DNA of 64,000 nucleotides from Bispira polyomma (Eukaryota): NCBI GenBank assembly GCA_965649765.1, contig OZ287750.1, positions 43,834,001 to 43,898,000 of the forward strand, read 5' to 3'. Shown piece by piece: positions 51,917 to 64,000 of this stretch (position 1 is its first letter; each line of letters starts with the position of its first letter). The notes under the pieces were generated by a model. It saw only the letters and a program-made list of their open reading frames with translations, ran no database searches and was not told where the DNA came from. The position numbers and the translations under genes were made by a program.

Positions 51917-54900
51917 ATATTTCTATCGCTGTCTCGTCCGCTAAGCTGTCGACCCTGTATTACTATTTTACCAATCTATTTTCTGCACAAATGTTCTCTG
52001 CTATAATATCAAGGCAGATGTGACTGTATACAGTTTGGGATTTACATTATATGGGCTACTTTTAAAAGGTTATTTTACTAAAATTTGTTTTTCAAATACA
52101 TGTTTAACTAACTTTGTACAGAATAAAATTCCCAATTCATTTTTTTAAAATTTATCTTCTATCTTTAACAATTTCATTCTACCTCTTGGCTTCAATTTAC
52201 ATTTTGACCTTTAGTCCACATTAAGGTCATCTCATCCATTTAATTTTTACCTTTGACCCAACTTTCACTTTGACCTCTACTTCATCTCGAGGTCATGCCG
52301 CCCCTCTCATCGTTTTAACTTCAAATTCCCTCATTGTTTATCACTTATAATTTGACATTCAAGGCAAATGTCTTAATGATCCACACAATTTATTTCAACT
52401 TTACTATTTATTGCAACTGTGGGGTTGGGCACAGCTTTCGACTACAAGTCTAGTAAACACAACAGTAATTAGTAGGTCCTCATTCCTTTGTAGGAGCTTT
52501 GTAAAAGAGTTTGGCAGCCCATACTATGGCTTCAAGAAAGGTAGAACTTATAGAAGGAAACTATCTACTAATTTTACAAGTACTACATAAAACTGGGGGT
52601 GGGGCTAATAAGTGTTATTGTCTAGATTACAGGCTGATATACAGATAGACTGAGACTCATACCATGATGAAATAACTGCAGTACTGAATGGACTAATAGG
52701 TTATGTCCCTTAAAGTTAGAATGTGTGCTGGAATTAATGGTATCGTGTTAACTAGAGTGTCTATTTATATGCCATGGACAGTAAATTGCCTAAAGGTCTT
52801 GATTTTTGTCCTGAAATTTAAAAAATCTTTAGGAACCTGATTATTTTCCAAAACATTTTCTTAAAAGGTATTTTGTTTCAGATTATTCCATAACTTTGTG
52901 CAAAAATTGCAAATGTGGTTTAAATTCTTACACATAAATTCTACTATATTTCTAGGATCCTCAAACTTGTGTGTCATTATATTTCTTTATGACAGATTGT
53001 TGATTTTGATGAAGATGACAGGGACTCTAAGGCCTTTTATTAATAGCGATCTGTCTCTCAACCCACGCGTCTTTGATGTGCTAATAGTTAACATGTTACA
53101 GAACTGTTCTGCCAGAAATGGATGGAGACTTGAACCAATAAAAACATTTGAGTTATTTAAATGTTACCGGTTATGACATAGTTTCAAAAGAGTCATTGCA
53201 TTGTCTTGTACTTTGGATTTGTAACACATTCAATTGATGACAGGCATCTTGTAAAATGTAACACTGGAATTGGTCAACCATTCATCATGCTTTCCTTGTA
53301 CACAAACCATTGGTCGTCATCTGTATGCAATGAAATGTTTACATCTTGTCCAAGGATGATATCGCCCCCCCTCCAAATAACCATTATGGTTTTACTAGGA
53401 GTCGAACCGGGGACCTTTTGATTGCAAACAACTCCCTATTTGATTTCCATACATGAAAAGTAAAAAATTACATGACCAAAATCTCTAAATGTCTATTGGG
53501 TAGACGGAGCTGACATAAACCTTGAATATTCAAACCAGTTACTGCCCTGGCTCCACAACTCGCCAATTTTTTTCAGCCCCCATCTTCAATATTTTGTCTT
53601 CAGTACTTCATCTTCATTAATTATCTTTAGTAACGGTTTTTTTTTGTCAATTATCATCAGTGCTTATATTTGGAAACTGTCTTTCATAAATTTATTCTCA
53701 GATTTTATATTTAGTAACTGTCTGCAGTCTTCAATAATTTTTTCCCACTTCTCAGTCAATTTTAGTGACTGGCTTCAGTTCAAAATGTTTTGGTCAAATG
53801 TACTTGTTGTCAGTTTTGGGGGGTATTCAGTACTTACCTTTGGTAACAATCGTCAATACTTGGTCCTCTGTACTTATGTTTGGTAACTGTCTTCCAAATT
53901 TTTTTTCTGTTTTTTTTTTGTAATCAATATGCCAGTACTTATATTTTTGGTATCCCATCTTGAATATATTGTCCTCAGTGTTTTAGACTTGCTTAATGTT
54001 GTCAGCATGTGCTTTCAATACTAGGTTTTAGGTCATGTTTTTTTTATTGGTCTTCAACTAACCATCTACCTGTTTCCATTACTGTCCCTATGGAATCTAC
54101 ATGGTTATAGCCTTCACTGACCATACAATTACAGGCAGAGAGATCTACAAAAATTGTGTCTCTTCAACTCCTAAATTGACAGCATCTATGTTAGACAGAA
54201 CACTCCTTTTCCAAAGTTCAGTCACATCTTCCTTTCTTTAGGAGTAAAGTAAAACTTTATACCAGGCCTAATGAAACCAGAATTAGTAGGATTTGTTTCT
54301 CTTTTATGTTGCCATTATTTCCTAAGCTATTCTTTATGTTTCATTAAGAGTTTTAATGATGTTTGGCATTTAATAAAGGGGACTTTTTAAAAATGGATAC
54401 ACTGCAAAATTGAATGGATACTTTAATGGCACATGACCATTCCTAATTGCACTCAAAATTGCATGTAACAAATCAATCAAGGAAGAGCCAAAGCATAATC
54501 TCTATTATTTAAATTTACAAATTTACGACCTTTATTATTTAACAGCTAAGTATTTGTTAGTAATTGTATTGTGTTTTTTAATATCTTGACATCTATGTTA
54601 GAGTGGTAACTTAATGTATTGACTGTGTCCCCAAAACATCAAATAACAATAGTTGTTACTTGTACAACAAAAAGTCATTTAAATAGGGAGGTGTAGCTTT
54701 ATAAATTCATTTAAATATCTGTTTGAACAACTCTTAAATTTCGAGAACATAAATAAAGTGTTATTGCCAGGGTACCATTACCACCCCCCCCCCCCCCCAC
54801 ATCTCCCTAAAACAAAAACAAAAAATGCCAGTATATAGTACACATAATGACAATTATAGCAAGGACCAACTATCCTCCACTAATGGTACCAGCAGAAATA

Positions 54901-57900
54901 GCTGGAACTTGAAATGGCAGTTACAATGTATATCATCACTGTGATCAAAAAATGTGGAATTGGTGTTAACAATCTCCCTGTCATGAGAGACAGGCCATAC
55001 TGCTGTGTGTGTTTGTTAATGTAAAAAAAAAGAGTGGGGGGTTTTTCCTACATAAAAACGCATCGATGCCCAGATGTTACATGTTACACAAAATGGCATG
55101 CAAATATGTGGAATTCGTTCAGAACCTTATTGAATATGTACTGGTTATATACACGTGACTTTGAAATACTGAACAAGTCAATATGTTTTTTTTTATATAA
55201 AAAGTGTAACTATTGTATTTACAATGAATACATATGTGCAAAGGCTTTTTATAACAATATAATTAGCAAAAGGTTATAACTGAGCATCGCTTCATTGTTT
55301 TGATTGTTTTCACTATATTTTTTTATCTAAATGAAACATTCAGTCCATCATAATATACTCATCACCAGGTGTATACAATGTTTTCTAATCCAATTTTAAT
55401 AAAACCAATTGTGTAAAACTGTCATATGATAGCTTTTGCTTTGATATATGTATTGGCTAGGTTTCAGTAAAAGACCAGTCAAGTTCAGTTATGCTGAGAT
55501 AAACAGTTTATGTTGGGACAGAAACTATGCTTCAATTTTTTGTTTGTAGACCCGTGTAATGTAAGGACCTAGATGCCATGAACATATACCGGTGATATGG
55601 CTCCAAGGTACCATAAAAAACATAAAGTCTGTAGCACCTGTAGTTTTATAAAATAATACGTTGACGACTCGCTGTGTCAATATGTCAGTTAGTTTATCGG
55701 GTGACATAAATAACTTTCATCAGTTATAGTAATATAGTTTCCCCAAGTAATAAATTTAAATACTGACCTGCTTCCTTAGAGTGGATACAGAAGCAGCCTA
55801 ACATTGTCAGGACAGCAATGATCACACCCAAACCTCGATGCATTGCGACTCTGTATGCAGATGATAGAGTCTTCATGGCTGACAGTCCCTGGTTGTTAAA
55901 TGACCTCGTCTAGAACACTACTGTAGTATTTTGGCAAAACTGGAGTAGCAGCATTTATCCTCAAATTATGACAATTATGAGTGGTTGGTTGTAGTTTTTT
56001 TTGTTTTTGACGAAAATTGTTCTGTTCGACAATTTCTGGCTAAATTGGCCGTGTTTGTATACTTTTTTAAACAACAAAGGTTGTCCTTGTTGTATCTGTA
56101 GTGCACAAGTAACAATGTAATATTGACACTTTATGTCTATCACACATATACACTGGGTGTTTCATGATCATATGTCTGCCTACAACTGTTCTGTGTGTGC
56201 TGTGTTTTTAGTTCAACTTATGGTGTCAATTTCTGTCTATTAAATGTAGTACTCTATGTCTAGTTATTGGGAGGACATTTTATCTATAATGAATTACTTC
56301 TCGAGCAAAAGATGAATTTCTCACACACAATGACACATTTCTGCTGCTACTAATGCACAGATATATTTGTCCATACCTCAATATAACTCAGCAAAGACCT
56401 TTAGCACAAACAGCTAATTCCATCTTCCTCTTACCAAAACAATGCAAAGTACATTGCAGTCCTACTAAGAAGGCTTTAACACATAGTACTTATTGCCTTC
56501 ATTTCCACGCAATCATGTAAACTAATATCCTCTTCATAGAACTTATAGAATGTCAAATCCACTGTTCAGAAAACAATCCCCACTAACAAAATACAAATCT
56601 CACTAGTATTTTGCTAGTGATTTCTTAATTTTTACTTTCTCTCTATATATAGAGATATTAGTGCCTCATTAGCCCAGTTTAGTTGGGACTGCTCATGATG
56701 TACTTTGTCCTTCTTTTTGTCAATGTCACACATCTAGTATTTCATCCTGTTTATGATATATATATATTTTTGGTGCTGCTATAAGCCATTTAAAGATGCC
56801 ACTCTATGTTATTTAAAAATATCTCTTTTCCCTATCTCTCTTTCTCTGTATAGATGTTTTTATATACTCTATTATAACAGATACATTATCTTAAATGTCT
56901 GTCTTTTTTCTTTTGTATTATAACACATTTATTATCTACTTAACTACCCCCTCCCCTCCAACAAAAACTCCCACAACAACACAAAAAAAACAACAACACA
57001 CCAGCTTAAACACAAAAAGGGGTGACGACCTGCAGCCGTGGAAAATGCCAATATCCGAAAAGAATCCTGAAAGACATTTGATCTAAAGTCTACCTGTAAT
57101 GGATCTACTTCAACTGATTCAACGGAAATGTCCTTCCCCCAGTTTCTTTTTGCTAAGAGGGGGTGGGGGGTGGGGTGGGGGGGGGGTGCAACTACTCCAC
57201 ACACAGGCACTGCAGTCTGCTATAACCGAAGTGTTATACCTGATCGCGTGAGAAATCGCAATAAATTGGGGGTCCGGTTTCCAGCCTTTTTGTCCTTACT
57301 CGTGTTTATATTATCATACATATGTGTGTTGTGGTTTGTGCTTGAGTCCAAACAACCTCCACTGTTCAGCCAGAAACTGGGCCTGTGTCTTTTTCTTGTA
57401 TATATATGTATATATACCTGTGTTTATATATACATATATAAGATATGCACACTGACTAAAAACCCACCCCCACAGAGTTTTCAGTCATTTTGCCTTTTTA
57501 TAAATGAGCAGTGTTTTTCAAAAAAATAAAAATTGTACAGAGGGGAATATTAGAAAATATAAAACCAAGGTAAAACAAATTGTGAGGCACCAAAAACAAA
57601 AGGGCAATCTTATGTCTAGCATATCCCTGTGCAATGGGGATGATGGTATTGCTTTTTCAGTGGTAATTGTTCGTGTGATGCATATTTCATGTCCTCTGTA
57701 AGGGAATGCTTTGTCAAAATTACCCAAGTGATTTTATGTGTCTTGCTATAAAAAAAAAAAAAAAACGTCACACAGCAGTCTGAAACCACACACTTAATTT
57801 TCAGACGATCACAGTAAATCCACTTTTAAGCTATAAAAAAGTGACTGTAATTGGAATCCTCTTTCTCTTCCTTTTTTATTACATTTCTTTCCATGCCACT

Positions 57901-58519
57901 TGAGCATGCATATGTATAATTAACTACCAAATCCCAGGTAATGTTTCCGTCTGATTAATATTTTAATTGTTTTATAACAACAAAACCTGTATTCTCTAGT
58001 TCATTAAATTTTGATGGAAATCTATTAGTAATATTTGTAACTATATCCACACATGTCGGCCACTGAGATACTTCTTTGTTTCCACTTCTATATAAATATC
58101 CATAATAGATCAACTAAGCAGATTAAGTGCATAAGATTACAAAAATCAGATATATATAGAGCACCAGCCTTCTGGTTTCTATTGAATGTGAATATTATTA
58201 TTTTTATTGTTTTCTTCTTAAATCTATTCATGACAGCTCCCCACCTGTAAATTATCAATGGATGACACTGGTTATAACTTAAAAAACAAAACATAACCTC
58301 TCAGATATTCCAACTGTTATCCGCATTTCTCTCATCTTGAGTGTAGCATTTGTATATAGTTAATAATTTTTTTAAATGATAAGTATCACCAATGGGGAAA
58401 AGCTTTTACAAGCAACACTGCTTGCATTCCCACCACGTAACTTGAACTACTGTCCATAGGAGTAAGTTGTTGGTGTATGTGCTCTCCCAGCTAGAGAAGA
58501 ATACAGAACAATAATATTA

Positions 58520-58960
58520 AACAAAGCCCGGATGGACGTTCGCCAACCATTCGTCAACATTCGGTGGCCCGATTGCTTCCCCCTCCTTCCTTTCCCTCGT
58601 CTAACGCGAAATTGGCGCCAAAATATGCGGGCGTGCAGACGACTTGTTGTGGGCGGGTGTGTGTGTTCGCGCGCGGATGAATATGACCTTAAAATGCGGG
58701 CCTTTAGAAGTGATAATGATAACAGTAGTATATAGATCCTCGAACGTACTAAAAGGAGGAGGATGGGAGTTTGTGTGGTGAATAGATATAGTTTTGGGAA
58801 GAGAAAAACAGAAAAGGAGTTAGCGTGCCTGTGTTGTTGAAGAAAACCTATATTATTTCTCTCATAACCCCCTCCTTCTCACCCCCCCCCCCCTCTCGTG
58901 AGCATCGATAAATTGATTACCGCTTCTTCATAGGGACGTTTCACGTCGATCGGAAATCAA
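58520..58960. promoter_or_regulatory. CpG-rich island, candidate promoter or enhancer
   Basis: Sharp local CpG enrichment in CpG-poor DNA; E2F-like CGCGAAA and TTGGCGCCAA, GC box GGGCGGG; no coding signature. Confidence 0.4.
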
Positions 58961-60074
58961 ATTTAAAATGACGAATGACCAATAAATGTTATTGTGTGTA
59001 ATGTATACATCTAGAGACTAACTGTGTTTATCAGAGCTCATAACGAGAATTGCCTAAAAGCATCTTCTGGGTTTGTTGAGGAGTAGCTTGTGTGCACTGG
59101 CATGTTAAAAGCAACCGGCTGGGCAGTTTTGTTGTTTTTTTTTGGAGGGGCGTGTGGGAGATAAGGAGGGCGAGGAGTAAGTGGTGTGTGGAGGGGTTAA
59201 ATATTCTGTCTATGAGTGAGTGTGTGTGTGTGTTTTTTTTTAGAGAACTAGTAACTCGATAGTCTGACATGTATGTGTGTGAGCGGAATATTGGAATTAT
59301 ATGGTTTTGATTTGATTTACAACAGCAGCTATATTGTCTCCAACAAACCAGTGGTAGTGAAATGAGGATGATGATGATGGATTGATTTACACTTGTAAGA
59401 GTACTGTAGTAATTGTAACAATACTATATACTTGTATGAGGGTGTCCTAATGGTCTAGGTGGGGTGAGTTGGAGACTGTATATATTTTATTGTAATTATA
59501 TCCGCCCAGACAAAGTTATGATTGTCAATATAATACGTGTGTCACATTTTATATGGCTATTTGTGTTTCATAGTCATTGTAGAAATTGATTTCGTCCATT
59601 AAATATAGGAAGTGTTAACAAGTTTAGCAAAGATTTATCCAACAATACCTACAATAATTAAGTTATTAAGTTACTACCTGTTACCTGGACAAAACTCTAT
59701 GTACTAAAAAGGTTTTTACATATAATAAGTACACCATTTGCAAACCCCTCCCCCCCCCCCACCCACATACAAGCATATCGTGCATTTTAGATGCATCAGT
59801 AACTTGGTAGCACAAGGAAAAAATGTAATGTAAAGAAAGACAATGTGTTGATTATATGTTTTATTTTGAACAAAAAGTTAATTGTCGTGTATGTAGACAG
59901 ATTCTACATTTCTGAGATGGTAATGTTGCTCAGGCTTTAGAGGTTTGTTGAGAACACTAAAATATTCCAGGGAATGCATTGTTTACCATAATAACGTACA
60001 CGTATAAGAAACTATAGAACCATTAAAGAATGAGGAGACATACTGTTATGAATTTCAGAGTCTCTGATACCAGT

Positions 60075-60380
60075 AAACAGATTGGATTTGATACCTTCTC
60101 TGTTGCAGCACCAACGCTATGAAACAATTTACCAGCCGATATAAGATCCCAGGAAACCCTCTCTTGCTTTAGAAGTAACCTCAAGACCCATCTCTTTACC
60201 CTCCATACCCTCCATAGACATCTTTCTCATACACGTCACCCCCCGATCACGAATTTGCATTGAATACAAACTACGATTTTAACAACTTTGTCAATGATGT
60301 TTTGCTTTAAAAGAAGCTTGGCATCAAATAGGCGCATTAGGCACATTAAAAATCTATTATATGATATTATTATTATTATC
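60075..60380 (+). mobile_element. L2-clade LINE 3' end with (TTA)n tail
   Basis: FSVAAPTL*NNLPADIRSQETLSCFRSNLKTHLF; 3' UTR homologous to 42300-42515. Confidence 0.85.
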
Positions 60381-61109
60381 ATTTTACATAGCCTCATAGA
60401 TAATGAATGCCCAAACTAACACATATGAGTTAGTATTACTAGCACGACCCCTTTAGGGGGCTGCTGTCTCAGTTTCTAACCCCTCCCTTTCCTTTTTTAA
60501 GGGCACTATTCTTGTTCCCCATTCTGTCCATCCCTCATTAGCTATGAACCAATCACACTGCACAGGCTTCATGATTTTGTGTTTTTGGCCCCTGCTCAGG
60601 CACCATTTTCACCCCAAGTGTACAAGGGTAAACATCAAGTCAGAAAACATTTTAAAAATTTATATTTGTGAACTCATGCTAGCGTTTTTATTGATTTTAG
60701 TGTTTATTTGTTTTTAGTTTACGCTCGTTCACACCACTATTGCATTATTATGGGATGGACTGCTAAGAAAACGCCAGGTAGTGCGCCAGGGTCCCTCTGT
60801 CAGAGGCAAATAAATCTGATGTTCCTTCCGAGAACGTGATACCGGACAATACTGCTATGATGGCTGGAGTCCGCCAACGCCGAGATACACAGAAGATTGG
60901 ATCGTGTCGAGACGTCCAGAAACTCTACCCCGTTGGGTTCGCCTCATAACCCTCCTCACAACGACACTATGGTGGACCTTCGACGTCCGGATCTACGTCC
61001 ACAGCTCCCTGTCGGACTCTCCAACACTCTCCCCATTCAGGGACAAGCTACATGTCAGATGCAGGCCAGTAACGACTACACGTGAGACGGCATTGTCCCG
61101 AGGGTAGAT

Positions 61110-61751
61110 GTGTTAAGAAGTATCCCAGAAGTCAGCGCTGCTGTCAACTTGCGTCTTGCATCTTATGACCAACGCTACCAGCAGGATCTCTCCCAAGGTA
61201 AGCCCCCCCCCGGCAGAAATCAGGTCGATTTAATTCCACTGACATTTGCCTTACTGAACCACATGCTAGGTGGGCGAATGAAGGCCCGGGAACGACCACA
61301 GTTCGATGAACTCTCCATGCCCCAGTGGGCAGCCGGACAGCTATCTAATAGTGCTCAGGTTTCTGATATTACCACCATGAAATGTATGCTACATCAGATG
61401 ATCTATGCGTTTAGAGATGCCAACGTTCTCCCTTGGCCTACCGTCAGAACTGCATGGGGACATAGCATGCAGGAATTGGAAGAAGGCAGGCTCGACTGGG
61501 CTAACGCCACTCAGTGGCCATTAAACAGACTTAGTGTTTCTCAGTTGACCCTTGCGAATGGTCCTACCACACAACAGGTTTCTCAAAAGCCCAAGGTAAT
61601 TTGCAAGTACTTTAACTCAGGCTCTTGTAGCCACGACGGAGATCACAACCAGTACAAACATAATTGTGCGCATTGTTTCAAAGTTTTGAACAAAGAAAAT
61701 AACCACCCGGAATTCAAGTGCCTTAAAGCCAATTCTGCCAAAACTACCTAG
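61110..61751 (+). CDS. DIRS/Ngaro Gag-like ORF (partly frameshifted) with C-terminal Cys/His finger
   Basis: RPQFDELSMPQW..G, WPTVRTAW, CKYFNSGSC..H...HNCAHC...HPEFKC. KSGR...RWANEG lies in another frame at ~61215-61285, suggesting compensating frameshifts. Confidence 0.7.
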   Translation: MLRSIPEVSAAVNLRLASYDQRYQQDLSQGKPPPGRNQVDLIPLTFALLNHMLGGRMKARERPQFDELSMPQWAAGQLSNSAQVSDITTMKCMLHQMIYAFRDANVLPWPTVRTAWGHSMQELEEGRLDWANATQWPLNRLSVSQLTLANGPTTQQVSQKPKVICKYFNSGSCSHDGDHNQYKHNCAHCFKVLNKENNHPEFKCLKANSAKTT

Positions 61752-62474
61752 GATGGTGGTCGACGATACAGGACAGACTCTGCCAGTAAAAGTTGTGTAA
61801 TTAATTGTGAAAGTAAAATCAATAGTGCAAGTTCAAATTGCTATGATTCTTGTTTCAGTGACTTTGATAGTAATTTAATTAAGACACGAGTTTGTGCAGA
61901 TAGCTGCACAGGCAGCCAGACATTCTATAAACATTCTGTTAACAATCAATGTAATGCCACTTATGATAATTTGTATAATGTTTTGCCTCAGTGTGAGAAG
62001 GCCTCGACTATGAATACTGCTGGTCTTAGAAATTTTGAATTTCATAATGTACTCGAAAATTGGGATCATCATGATTCTGGTAATGAGATTCACTCTGTTT
62101 TGGTCAACAGTGCTCCCTTATATGTTGAATATTGGCATATGGCCTGCAGTATCTCTGTCTTGGATTTCTTATATGTCGATAATTGTGGGCATCACCCTGT
62201 TGTATTTTTGGATTTTCCTGACTACACCAGTGCCTCAGGTTTCTATTATCAAAATTGTTATAAGGACAACATCAGTAATGTTTTCTTAGGGGACATACCT
62301 AGCTTTCCTTTTGGTGTTTCCTATATGTTCCAAGCTAGGATACTGATTGATTATAACTTTTTGAATGTTCAACAACTCAGTGAATTTCAAAACAACTCTG
62401 CTAAATTAGCTCATGAAAACTATTTAAAAGATGTTAATTCCCTGTGGGTACAGGGATATGATTAAACCGTTTAT

Positions 62475-64000
62475 ATGCAGGAAATCATTGATGGCATCAT
62501 CAAGGCAGATGATGTCATGATTGATAGTATCACCAGTAATGAATGTTTTGTTAATAAACTTACTCAGGCTAGAATCATGCGGCGTTCCGATATTGTCTCC
62601 GATGGCTGTGAAGAGCTGGACAGCTTAGTCATGGCTGATTCGTCTTCTTCGAAAAATAACACTAAAGATCTGGTTGTTTCCCATAAATCTGTTGGTTTCT
62701 TAAGCAAATCTGATACAAAATTTCAGTTCATTGGCCCTGATAAAGATTTTGTGGCCATTAATTCAATTAATGATATGTGTCTCATTGCTGACACCATAAG
62801 ATCCACAGGTTTACCTAATTATGCTCAAGCTCGTATTCCCATTAGCTGTGGCTTGAATTTCCCGGCTTGGGAACTTATTACACATAACCATTCTGGCCAA
62901 CTTATTTGTCAGTATTTGAAGTTTGGATTTCCCCAATCCTTAAGCAAATCCTTTGAGTTAAATCGCACAGATATAACTAACCATCACTCTGCGATACAGT
63001 ATCCTGATGCAGTTAACAAGTATCTTAACAAAGAAAAAAGTAAGGGTGCTATGTTAGGCCTTGTTTCCAACTTAGCAAACCCACATTACCACTGTTCTCC
63101 CTTACTCACCACCCCTAAGGATATTACTGATAGACGGGTAATACTTAACCTTTCACACCCCCAGGGTACCTCAGTTAATGACCATGTACTTGACGAATTT
63201 GAAGGTATTGAATTTTCACTTAAATTTCTGAATATTGACAATGTTACGGATGTCATCAATAATACCAGAGACCCGGTGGCCTTCAAGGTGGACGTTTCCA
63301 GGGCATTTCGTAACCTCCGTGTCGACCCTGTCGACGCCCTCAAATTTGGTATAAAGTGGGATGGAAAATACTACCTTGATCCTGCGGTTGCCTTTGGGTG
63401 GGCTTTCGGCAGTGCGGCCTTTCAGAGATGCTCTGATATTATTGCAGACCACATGCTTAGTTTAGGTTTTAAACTCCATTACTACATTGATGACTACCTT
63501 TGCATATGTACGAAGGTCAAGTCTAAGGTATGTTTTGAAAAATTATGTAGTCTATTAGATGATCTAGGTCTCCCCATAAACCCTAGTAAAATTTCTCCTC
63601 CTTCCACTAAGGTTACTTACCTGGGCATCGATGTGGATATATCCGCAGGTACCATAAGTATCACACAAGAAAAAATTGACCAAATACACTTAGAGGGCAT
63701 AGAAGCACGTAGTAAGAACTGGTTATCCCGTACTAGATTACAGTCCCTCTTAGGAAAGCTTCTTTATATACACAAGTGTGTTAAACCTGCTAGGTGCTTT
63801 ATTAACAGGCTTCTTTCCGTTCTTAGAGCTTCCCCTAACTCCAAAAGGTTTTAGGTCACTCATAATATGAAATATGACCTTGATTGGTTTATTCACTTCT
63901 TACATGCTTACAATGGTATTACCTATTTTAACCCTAAGGATATCGATTTCTCACACGAACTTCATCTTGACGCCTGTCTCACAGGTATGGGGGCCCTATG
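62475..64000 (+). pseudogene. DIRS/Ngaro reverse transcriptase and RNase H, in-frame stop at 63852-63854
   Basis: SPLLTTPK, RRVILNLSHP, FKVDVSRAFRNL, AFGWAFGSAAFQ, YIDDYL, TYLGIDVD, LQSLLGKL; after the TAG the frame continues DLDWF...NG...LDACLTGMGAL. Confidence 0.92.

Larger units (their letters stand above)
60390..64000 (+). mobile_element. DIRS/Ngaro-type retrotransposon, 5' part (left boundary approximate; truncated by the window end)
   Basis: Gag-like ORF followed by DIRS-type RT and the RNase H start (DACLTGMGA). The tyrosine recombinase is not within the window. Confidence 0.85.

Overview
AT-rich eukaryotic genomic DNA, probably from a lophotrochozoan animal (annelid or mollusc, inferred from the repeat families and gene family). 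Main contents: (1) Six spliced coding exons of a minus-strand single-pass membrane protein gene (SUEL/Gal-lectin, CUB, Sushi-like, linker, TM, Ser/Pro-rich tail; 8076-13661). Its 5' signal-peptide exon was not located. (2) A structurally complete but decayed 6.4 kb LTR retroelement on the minus strand (45542-51916), with 282-bp LTRs about 96% identical, a tRNA-Leu-type PBS and a PPT. Its Gag starts with a ComEA-like helix-hairpin-helix domain. Where pol (PR/RT/RH/IN) should lie, it carries a TatD-family nuclease ORF instead. This is the most unusual feature of the window. (3) The 5' part of a DIRS/Ngaro-type retrotransposon (gag, RT, start of RNase H) running off the right edge. (4) Many L2/CR1 LINE fragments, tRNA-derived SINEs, PIF/Harbinger-like MITEs with TWA target duplications, Helentron-like repeats and minisatellites. 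All calls come from reading the sequence by eye; no database searches were run.
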